A DNA stretch of 32,000 nucleotides from Candidatus Saccharimonadota bacterium. Its GTDB lineage: Bacteria; Patescibacteriota; Gracilibacteria; UBA4473. Positions 7,638-15,182 of the stretch are shown piece after piece (the stretch's first letter is position 1; each line of letters begins with the position of its first letter). The notes under the pieces are model-generated. The model had not been told where the DNA came from. It worked only from the letters and a program-made list of their open reading frames with translations, and searched no databases. Position numbers and translations under genes: made by a program. Where the stretch lies: the NCBI GenBank assembly GCA_030429505.1, contig JAUIFI010000001.1, positions 930,001 to 962,000 of the forward strand, written 5' to 3'.

Positions 7638-10256
7638 TTATGAGGTAAATTCAACGTTGGTAACGACAGTTTCACGAGCGTTTGAGAGACTACCATCAGT
7701 AGCTCGATCAAAGATAATTGCGTTGTGTACTAAGCTTTTCAAGATGTCTGTGTTTTTTCCTCTCTTTACCTTCTCTACATGTATCATAGGTTTTACCAAG
7801 TGGAGAAGCAAGGTCCCATCCGTACTTTGCATTTCAAGTTCGCCATCTCTACTGTTTTTGGTGAGAACCATTTCGGTTGTTTTCTTTTGATCAAGGTGAC
7901 TTGGAAGACTGACTTGTCTGATGGATTCTATATCCTTCAAATAACCAACTGTGACTTTTCCAGCTTTTTTATTCAGAGCAAGAAGTATCTTATAAGGATC
8001 ATTTTTCTCCCAGTGATCGAGCATTTTTTGCTTCATTTCTTTCTCAAATTTTTCGAAAAGAGATCCTTTGATACGACGATACAATGTATCACGAGCATAG
8101 CCTTCTACAGAATGAAGTTTTGATTCAATTTCAAAACTACCTCCGAAAAATTCTTCAGCAGCACGTTTTTCATCCCGTTTGTAGCTATTTCGGTTAAACG
8201 TTGGTCTTGAGTCTTCTACAGTTTTTACAAATTCAATAAGTAATTCTCGTTCAGAAGTTTTACGAGCAATCTCATCCTCATCTCTTGGATCGGCACCTTC
8301 AAGGGCTGCAATTTCGTCATCAAGTCTTGATATATCAGAATTTTTTGTATTATATTCACTATCAGGATCATCAATATTTTCTGACTTCCAGACATCAAAA
8401 TCTTTTTTCTTTTTCCAAGCTTCATGCGTTATGTCTCGAAGATATTCAGCATGTTTTTTGAATTTTTCAAACGTAGTTTCAAATTCATTTTGGTCATTTT
8501 CGGGAAGATCATTTTTTCCCTTTTTAAATTTTGTATGAATTTTTTCGATTTGGATTACAAATATTTTTCCATCATCTTTCGATGTTTCATAGTCGCTCAT
8601 TGAATGCTTATCTAAATCATCAAGTTCAAGCATATCCAAAGCCTCTAAAATAAGATTCCCTTTTGCAAAAAGACCACTACTAGAATCTTCTAAATCATCT
8701 ACCAATTCTACTGTTAAGTCACTTACTTCAGGAACACCTCTTCGAGTTTCTATATCCTTGTGATAAATCCATGTCAGTATTTTTTGAAGTGTTGGAATGG
8801 CAATAGTTCCATCAACCAAAAACTCATCATGCTCACAGAAAAGATGATGCAGTGTAAAAATCAAATCCGTTGACTCAGCAAGACCAGCCATATCGGTCAT
8901 ATCAGCAGTAAATTTATCTGATAAATCACTTAAAAATCCTTCACGAGCCAAGTCTCGACGAATATCACGGAGCAATTCATCTTCTGATGGAGATTCAGCA
9001 TCAGGCTCAAGCAAAGCAAACGGTTTAATTCCGACAACCTCCATCTCTTTCACCGACTTATAGTTAGTAAGATAATCATTAAGAGCATCTACTCCCGATA
9101 GCTGTGTGGTAAACTCAGCTTCTTGAGCTTGGGTTGATTCCATAAAAGACTCATCTATCGCTTCTCTTTTATTGAGTTCTCGTTTGACCTTGAGCATATT
9201 ATCAATCCACTCGACTTTTTTGACTGCTTCCAAGAAATTAATCTTCATAGACTCACTCAAAGGAGTCCGAGGAGCGATCATAGGAAACCTGCTAGCTGCC
9301 GTATTGATATCAGCATCTAAAATGTTGGTTTGATTTTTGAGCTTCATCAGACTTTCTCCCATCGCAGCTCGGTCTTCATCCTCTGCCATATCAATGCTTT
9401 GTTCTATATTGACCAATAAAGCATCACGACCAGCCTCTCCGGCTTCTTTGATGAGATTGGCAGCCATTTTATACTCTGTAAATCGTTGATTCAGCTGTGT
9501 GAGAAAATCCTCGTTAAACTTTTTATAATGAGCTTGTTTTTTTGCCTCAGCTTCTTTTGCTTTTTCCCTTTGTGATGCAACATATTTACGAACAGCAGCA
9601 AAAGCCAAATAAGTTCCACCTGCAATAAGGCTTCCAGGTAATAAACTAATGGCACCAACACCCGTTGCTAATCCAATCGTGCTAACCGTAGCACCACTAG
9701 CCAAACCTGTACCAACGAAAAACCGTTTCCATCCCTTAGATTTAGTGATTTCTGATGCTTCAAGAAACGGATCGACTACTTCTCTCTGATCCATAAACCG
9801 CTTATTTCGAGCTTGCAGTAATTCATTCTCTTTCGTGAGCCTATCTTCGGAGGCTTCCAAGACATCTAAAGATGTCGTTCCAATCTCTACCGAATTAAGA
9901 CCATTGATATCCAGAGTAGTAATCTGATGAGCAATGTCAGTACCTCCTATTCTCCAACCCTCTCGAGTCAAAGCATTGGACACACCTTGCATTTTTGTCG
10001 ATACTCCTTCGAGGGCAGCTTGTACCGCTACACTCACACTTTCCATAGAATCTTCTACAGACCTTCCATCTAAAATATTGTCAGCATGGTTTCTAGGGAT
10101 TAAACCACTCATGTGTTCGTTAACTGAAGCCAAAGACATCGCTTGGGCAATTTTTAGTTCTTGTTCTAATTGCTTTTCAATCGACTCATCCGGCTTTTGT
10201 AAGCCTTCAACAATTTCCTCAGTCGTAGGTTCGTCGGCATGGGTGGTATCAACCAT
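7638..10256 (-). CDS. Large hypothetical membrane-associated protein (872 aa) with a single ~44-residue Gly/Ala-rich hydrophobic hairpin; ORFan
   Basis: No signal peptide. The hydrophobic segment spans about F179-V222 (FVGTGLASGATVSTIGLATGVGAISLLPGSLIAGGTYLAFAAV; nt ~9591-9722). The remainder is acidic and coiled-coil-like. No catalytic motif is recognisable. Confidence 0.85.
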   Translation of the reverse strand: MVDTTHADEPTTEEIVEGLQKPDESIEKQLEQELKIAQAMSLASVNEHMSGLIPRNHADNILDGRSVEDSMESVSVAVQAALEGVSTKMQGVSNALTREGWRIGGTDIAHQITTLDINGLNSVEIGTTSLDVLEASEDRLTKENELLQARNKRFMDQREVVDPFLEASEITKSKGWKRFFVGTGLASGATVSTIGLATGVGAISLLPGSLIAGGTYLAFAAVRKYVASQREKAKEAEAKKQAHYKKFNEDFLTQLNQRFTEYKMAANLIKEAGEAGRDALLVNIEQSIDMAEDEDRAAMGESLMKLKNQTNILDADINTAASRFPMIAPRTPLSESMKINFLEAVKKVEWIDNMLKVKRELNKREAIDESFMESTQAQEAEFTTQLSGVDALNDYLTNYKSVKEMEVVGIKPFALLEPDAESPSEDELLRDIRRDLAREGFLSDLSDKFTADMTDMAGLAESTDLIFTLHHLFCEHDEFLVDGTIAIPTLQKILTWIYHKDIETRRGVPEVSDLTVELVDDLEDSSSGLFAKGNLILEALDMLELDDLDKHSMSDYETSKDDGKIFVIQIEKIHTKFKKGKNDLPENDQNEFETTFEKFKKHAEYLRDITHEAWKKKKDFDVWKSENIDDPDSEYNTKNSDISRLDDEIAALEGADPRDEDEIARKTSERELLIEFVKTVEDSRPTFNRNSYKRDEKRAAEEFFGGSFEIESKLHSVEGYARDTLYRRIKGSLFEKFEKEMKQKMLDHWEKNDPYKILLALNKKAGKVTVGYLKDIESIRQVSLPSHLDQKKTTEMVLTKNSRDGELEMQSTDGTLLLHLVKPMIHVEKVKRGKNTDILKSLVHNAIIFDRATDGSLSNARETVVTNVEFTS

Positions 10257-10281
10257 ATTATTTTTTCAAATAAATCTCTCC

Positions 10282-10310
10282 ATTATACCAGAAAAAATAA
10301 AAAAAGTCAA
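10282..10310 (-). promoter_or_regulatory. Sigma70-type promoter for the 872-aa/136-aa unit
   Basis: The minus strand reads TTGACT (complement of 10305-10310), a 17-nt spacer, then TATAAT (10282-10287), preceded by TGG (extended -10). The ATG lies 25 nt downstream. Confidence 0.6.
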
Positions 10311-10365
10311 AACACACAAACACCAATAAAATTTCAGGTGATACAAGTACAGTTTCTGATAAATT

Positions 10366-10800
10366 TTATTGTACTCCTTTACTCGGAATAAACCCTGCTG
10401 ACACAGCTTTGTCTTTATTCTCAAAAAAGCGCCGATACTCCACCGCTACCCCTCGAGCAAAATAACTATCAGACGGATAAAATTTACCCGTTTTCATATT
10501 GCCTGTGTAAGGAAACTGAGTGTAGAGTAAATCATTCTCATTGGGAATCTGCGATAAGGGAATCGTGAATGTCCCATCATTTTCCACCATATTTTCCCCT
10601 GCCCACAAAACTCTCGCCGGACCGGAAATATCCACCGTCAACTCATCACCAACAATGTTTTGTAGTTGAATCAAAGAAATTTCTACGTGAGGTTCTCTCC
10701 TCTCAATCGGTTCGGCATCTTCAGTAAAATCCAGTTTTCCAATCAAAAAACCACAGACAAGTGCAAAACATACAGCAACCGATAATTTTATTTTATTCAT
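10366..10800 (-). CDS. Membrane-anchored or secreted small protein with a Cys-less Ada/sunset-like C-terminal domain
   Basis: I prefer the ATG at 10800 (MNKIKLSVAVCFALVCGFLIGK, an N-terminal anchor) over the TTG start at 10815 used in the track. The C-terminus GNMKTGKFYPSDSYFARGVAVEYRRFFENKDKAVSAGFIPSK resembles the Ada Zn-binding/sunset pattern (Y.C..C......N...F.....A..AGFRPCK.C). All four Cys positions are replaced. Confidence 0.65.
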   Translation of the reverse strand: MNKIKLSVAVCFALVCGFLIGKLDFTEDAEPIERREPHVEISLIQLQNIVGDELTVDISGPARVLWAGENMVENDGTFTIPLSQIPNENDLLYTQFPYTGNMKTGKFYPSDSYFARGVAVEYRRFFENKDKAVSAGFIPSKGVQ

Positions 10801-10822
10801 AATAATACCAAACAAAGATAAG

Positions 10823-10863
10823 TGTCATTCCGACCCTGAGCCTGTCGAAGGGGAAGAATCTTC
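10823..10863. repeat. REP-like repeat arm (left flank of the GIY-YIG gene)
   Basis: Sequence is gtcattccgaCCCTGAGCctGTCGAAGGGgaagaatcttcc. It shares the GTCATTCYGA and AGAATCT termini with the repeats at 3889 and 7114. Confidence 0.7.
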
Positions 10864-10868
10864 CTATT

Positions 10869-11162
10869 TTAATTATCATGCCAATCAAAAGCTAAATCTT
10901 TATAAAACGGATTTTTTGACTCAATAAGAGCTATTTTTTTACTTCTTCTCCATCCTTTCAGTTGCTTTTCCCGAGAAATAGCTTCATACATATCTTCACA
11001 GACCTCATAATACAAAAGCTTCGTAATATTATATCTGTCAGTAAAACCGGGAATAATATGTTGTTTGTGTTCATACATTCTCTTGAGTAAGTTACTTGTT
11101 ACTCCAATATATAAAGCCAGTGACTGACTCCCGAGAATGTAGATATATCCTTGTTTTTCCAT
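10869..11162 (-). CDS. Stand-alone GIY-YIG (URI-domain, UPF0213/COG2827-like) nuclease
   Basis: 97 aa. Sequence shows GYIYILGS...LYIGVTSNLLKRMYEHK...LLYYE...AISREKQLKGWRRSKKIALIE..NP, the classic GIY-(x10)-YIG pattern plus the conserved R/E/K-W core. Confidence 0.85.
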   Translation of the reverse strand: MEKQGYIYILGSQSLALYIGVTSNLLKRMYEHKQHIIPGFTDRYNITKLLYYEVCEDMYEAISREKQLKGWRRSKKIALIESKNPFYKDLAFDWHDN

Positions 11163-11177
11163 AGTTTTTAAATAAAG

Positions 11178-11205
11178 AAGACCCTTCGACTTCGCTCAGG
11201 GTGAC
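11178..11205. repeat. REP-like repeat arm (right flank of the GIY-YIG gene)
   Basis: Plus strand is gaagaCCCTTCGACttcGCTCAGGGtgac. Its reverse complement, gtcaCCCTGAGCgaaGTCGAAGGGtcttc, matches the left arm in an 8-nt block, a 9-nt block and both termini. Confidence 0.7.
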
Positions 11206-11207
11206 AA

Positions 11208-12324
11208 TCATATATTTTTCACATACATCTGATTGCCTTCATGACGAATCAATCCTCTGATCTCCATCAGGCTGATATTTGAATTGAGAAGAGGAGCGGG
11301 TAGGTGTGATGCACGAATCAAATCATCGATATGTACGCGATGCTCAGTTCCAAAAAGCTCTAAAATATCATTTTCAATACCTGTTGGAGTTAAAATATCC
11401 TTCGCTTTTTTTTGCTTAGCAATTTGCTCAAATCCCAGTACGTCCAAAATCTGAGAAGCAGACAAAGCCGGATGAGCTTCTCCTCGTTCCAAGAGTCGAT
11501 TTGTCCCTTGAGCATTTTTAGCAAAAATCTCTCCCGGAACGGCAAAAACTTCTCGACCTTGCTCCAAAGCCAGACTCGCTGTAATCAGACTTCCAGATTT
11601 TTCTGCCGCTTCAATGATAAGTGTAGCTTTGGACAAACCTGCCACAATGCGATTACGCATAGGAAAATATTCCGGGATTGGTGATGTCCCCGGAAAGTAC
11701 TCAGACAGAATCACCCCTTTCTTTTCTGCTATCAGATATTCAGCAAATTTTTGATTATGAGAAGGATAGACTGTATCAATCCCGTTTCCCAAAACGCAAA
11801 TAGTTTGGGCGCCATGATCGAATGCCACTTTATGGGCATAAGTATCAACTCCCAGCGCCAGACCAGACACAATAGTAATACCTGCATCCGCTATGCCTCC
11901 TACCAATTCTTCGATACAGCGTTTCCCATAGGCAGTCATTCCTCGAGATCCAACCACCGAAATCGAAGGAAAAAAAAGAGTTCTTCAATTCTCCTCGACA
12001 GAAAAGAACTATTGGAGGATTTGAAATATGCTGCAAAGAAAGAGGAAAATGATCCGACCCATATATTATCGGTCTTGATCCACATTGTTCTAGTTTTTGC
12101 AAAAGAAGTTCTGGCGAGATATCTTTTCGAACCGCAAAGAACTTTTCGATTCCTTTGCGATCAATCCCAGCTTCATGAAATTGGGCGAGAGAAGTATTCC
12201 AGGCTGACTGCCAATCATTACAAAAATAACTTTTTAATTTGGTAAATCGAGGCAACGTGAGATTGAGTGTTTTATGAACCGCCAAAAAATACGGCATATC
12301 CTCTCTCAAAATAGACTCTTTCAT
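11208..12324 (-). pseudogene. dprA: DNA-processing protein DprA, interrupted by a +1 frameshift in an A8/T8 homopolymer
   Basis: ORF 11845-12324 encodes the DprA N-terminal region (…YGSDHFPLSLQHISNPPIVLFCRGEL). ORF 11208-11957 encodes the Rossmann core (VVGSRGMTAYGKRCIEELVGGIADAGITIVSGLALGVDTYAHKVA…GNGIDTVYP). The two frames differ by 1 nt. Removing one A from the run at 11970-11977 gives the continuous sequence …CRGELKNSFFPSISVVGSRGMTAYG…, a 371-aa protein. Confidence 0.85.
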
Positions 12325-12410
12325 AACTCCATCTTAAAAAGATCCTTCATCTTTAAAATCAGGTATTTTCATTCGAATTTAAGACTAAATATGAAAAATC
12401 GACTTCTTGT

Positions 12411-13475
12411 TTAATCAAAAGACAAGAGTCCTTTTGTCGTATTTGATAGAATCTCCGGACCAGATGACGTGATAAGTACCAGATCCTCAATCCGAATGCC
12501 AAATTCTCCCGAATAATACAAACCGGGTTCACAAGTCACGATATCATTTTTTTGTAATATTTTTGATGAATTTTCATTTACTTTGGGATCCTCATGGACT
12601 TCCAAACCCACTCCATGCCCTAGAGAATGAGTAAAAAAGACACTTTCTTCTCTTAAATTTTTTTTACAAAATTTTTCAATCTCTGAAGCCTTTGCTCCAT
12701 CTTTGTACTTTAGAAGGGTTTGTTCTTGAACATCAAGTAAAAAATTATACTTGTTTTGAAACTCGGGAGAAGGCTTTCCAAAAGTCACATTTCGAGTCAT
12801 ATCACTACAATACCCTTGGTACTTAGCTCCACAATCAATCAAAATATTGTCGCCTCGTCTTAGTTTCCATTCTGAAGGGGCATGATGGGGAATAGCAGAA
12901 TGTTCTCCAAAAGCCACAATCGGATCAAAACTCAATTCATACCTTCCTTGATCTCGAATCGAAAATTCAAGTGCAAAAGCCAAAGCCCTTTCTGTTATTC
13001 CAGTTTTCAAGTTTTTCTTTAAAAATGGAATAAAAATCGTGTCTATATGATGCTGAGCTTTTCGGACACAAGCTATTTCTTCCTCAGTTTTTTCGCGACG
13101 CAAGTCTTCGATTATAGATGATTGTGTGACAAATGTAAGGTTCGGAAACCAGTTTTTCAAACGTTTCTGCATTGCAAAAGTCACCGTATCTTCAAGAGCA
13201 AAAGTTCCATCAATAGTTTTTCCAAAATTTTTTTTAAAATCACGATCCAAAAGAATCCATTTAATCCCTTGCTTCTCACACAATATTTTTGCAGTTCCTT
13301 CATACCTACTGTCAGAGATTAAATATTTTACACCATTATTTTGTTGTAAAAACAAGCCGAAGCTCCCTTGAAAACCTGACAGCCATCGCACATTTTCTGG
13401 CTTTGACACCAAAAATCCATTGAGAACGTTTTGGGACCCCAGCCATTTCAAAAGTCTGTTTGATGTATCTTGCAT
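12411..13475 (-). CDS. M24B family Xaa-Pro aminopeptidase/dipeptidase
   Basis: 354 aa. It has a creatinase-like N-domain and a pita-bread C-domain, with metal-ligand motifs DCGAKYQGYCSDMTR, HSLGHGVGLEVHE and EPGLY…GIRIED. Confidence 0.85.
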   Translation of the reverse strand: MQDTSNRLLKWLGSQNVLNGFLVSKPENVRWLSGFQGSFGLFLQQNNGVKYLISDSRYEGTAKILCEKQGIKWILLDRDFKKNFGKTIDGTFALEDTVTFAMQKRLKNWFPNLTFVTQSSIIEDLRREKTEEEIACVRKAQHHIDTIFIPFLKKNLKTGITERALAFALEFSIRDQGRYELSFDPIVAFGEHSAIPHHAPSEWKLRRGDNILIDCGAKYQGYCSDMTRNVTFGKPSPEFQNKYNFLLDVQEQTLLKYKDGAKASEIEKFCKKNLREESVFFTHSLGHGVGLEVHEDPKVNENSSKILQKNDIVTCEPGLYYSGEFGIRIEDLVLITSSGPEILSNTTKGLLSFD

Positions 13476-13477
13476 AC

Positions 13478-13756
13478 CTACTTTTTATCACGCTTTCTTC
13501 CCCAATTCCACTGAATTTTCCCATCGGTTTTTTGTTGTACTAACCGTATAAAAATCAAACACAAAACAAAGACGTTCAAAACAAAAATCAAAACGTTTTT
13601 TTCAGAAACGTTTGAAGAAAACATTCCAAATCCGTATCCAACTCCCACAATAATACCAGCAAAGAGAAGCGTCATTCCCCATCCCTCAACAGAAATCGGG
13701 TAAACTCCATATCCGAAACGTTTAGGACGAAACCAGTATTTTTGTTTCTCCACCAT
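13478..13756 (-). CDS. Small integral membrane protein (92 aa)
   Basis: Two hydrophobic helices follow WFRPKRFGYGVYPISVEGWG. The gene is tightly packed between secY (17-nt gap) and the M24B gene (2-nt gap). Confidence 0.6.
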   Translation of the reverse strand: MVEKQKYWFRPKRFGYGVYPISVEGWGMTLLFAGIIVGVGYGFGMFSSNVSEKNVLIFVLNVFVLCLIFIRLVQQKTDGKIQWNWGRKRDKK

Positions 13757-13773
13757 AAATAAAGCTCTACTTC

Positions 13774-15081
13774 TTAAAGCTTGTCATAGTCATGCATCAC
13801 CAACTGAGAATTGATGCGCCGAATCAGATCTAGTACCACAGATACGATAATGATCATACTTGCTCCGGATACAAAGAGAGAAATCGCATTTCCTCCTCCC
13901 GATAGCCATCGTTCAAAAAGAAGAGGAACCACCGCCACAGCAGCCAAAAATAGCCCACCCCAAAACGTAAGTCTAATACTCACATTACTCAAAAAAGTTT
14001 CAGTCTCTTTTCCAGGTCTATATCCAGGAATAAATCCACCACGTTTTTGAATATTTTCGGCAACTTTCTTAGGCTCAAATACAATCGAAACGTAAAAATA
14101 CGTGAATCCAAAAATTAAAAGCGCATACACGGCATTATACCAAAAAGAAGGAGAAGCAGGATTTAAGTGTTGCATGGAAAATTCAGCTATACTCCGTAAT
14201 ACGCTAGATTCTGACTGCAACAAAAATTGTGCCAAAATTGACGGTAAAGACACGAGAGAGATAGCAAAGATAATCGGAATCATGCCGGCTTGGTTAATTT
14301 TGAGTGGGAGAAATGATTTTTGCTGACCTCCCGTTTTTTTTGTAGCATAAATTACCGGCACTCGACGATCAGCTTCAGATACGTAAACAATAAAAATTGT
14401 GACAAGCAAAGTCCCAGCAATCAGACCTAAAATAACTGGCAATGGGGCTGCCTGAAAGGAAGCCGCAACTTGTGTCGGAATAGTCGCGACAATTCCAGCA
14501 AAAATAATCAGAGAAATACCATTCCCAATTCCTTTTTCCGAAATCAACTCTCCGAGCCACATCAAAAAGACCGTTCCAGCCGTCGCAATGACCATCATGG
14601 GTAGTATTGCAGTAATATCAGACATATCTACCAACTGGGCTCCCCCTGGAGCAAAACGATTAATGAGAGCCATCATACCGTAACTTTGCACAAAAGCTAA
14701 AGGAACTGCCAACAAACGAGTATATTGATTAATCTTTTTCTGACCGGCTTCACCCTCTTTTTTTAAACTTTCAATCGAAGGGACGATTACCCCCAGAAGC
14801 TGCATAATAATCGAAGCATTAATGTAAGGAGTTAGTCCCATCAGTACGATAGAGAATCGTTCCATCGCTCCTCCAGTCAAAAGAGACAGAATCGCCAAAG
14901 GAGACCCCTCTCCCTGAGCTCGTGCTTCTAAAATAGTTCGAATCGCATCAATATTTGTTCCCGGTAAAGTAATATGTGCTGATATCCGAAAAATAACCAA
15001 AATAATCAACGTAAACAAAATCTTATCTCGTAAATTTTTCGTAGCCCATATGCTTTTGAGCGTATCAAAAAAATGTTGCAT
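13774..15081 (-). CDS. secY: Preprotein translocase subunit SecY
   Basis: 435 aa with a 10-TM pattern. Typical SecY blocks are present: LRDKILFTL…IFRISAHITLPG, GIGNGISLIIFAGI, RRVPVIYA, and GGFIPGYRPGKETETFL. Confidence 0.95.
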   Translation of the reverse strand: MQHFFDTLKSIWATKNLRDKILFTLIILVIFRISAHITLPGTNIDAIRTILEARAQGEGSPLAILSLLTGGAMERFSIVLMGLTPYINASIIMQLLGVIVPSIESLKKEGEAGQKKINQYTRLLAVPLAFVQSYGMMALINRFAPGGAQLVDMSDITAILPMMVIATAGTVFLMWLGELISEKGIGNGISLIIFAGIVATIPTQVAASFQAAPLPVILGLIAGTLLVTIFIVYVSEADRRVPVIYATKKTGGQQKSFLPLKINQAGMIPIIFAISLVSLPSILAQFLLQSESSVLRSIAEFSMQHLNPASPSFWYNAVYALLIFGFTYFYVSIVFEPKKVAENIQKRGGFIPGYRPGKETETFLSNVSIRLTFWGGLFLAAVAVVPLLFERWLSGGGNAISLFVSGASMIIIVSVVLDLIRRINSQLVMHDYDKL

Positions 15082-15182
15082 TAATTTCTAATAAACAGAA
15101 AACAGGCAGACTGTACGATTTTTCTTATATTTTGCAAGTTTTATCTTTTTAGAACAAGAAAACACGCTTTTTCTACCTACAC

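Larger units (their letters stand above)
10823..11205 (-). mobile_element. Candidate selfish unit: a GIY-YIG nuclease gene bracketed by inverted REP-like arms
   Basis: Imperfect inverted arms at 10823-10863 and 11178-11205 enclose only the 97-aa GIY-YIG ORF. The unit is wedged between the dprA stop (11208) and the next gene's start (10800). I saw no target-site duplication. Confidence 0.3.

Noticed and set aside
11934-11950. The strings gtcattcc (11934, and again near 13672) and aggatgac (near 19418) inside coding sequences resemble the repeat termini. One lies only ~30 nt from the dprA frameshift.
   Set aside because: They are only 8-mers with no partner arm or hairpin. They are explained by ordinary codons (G-M-T in the DprA GSRGMT motif, V-I-L in the GT2 N-terminus).
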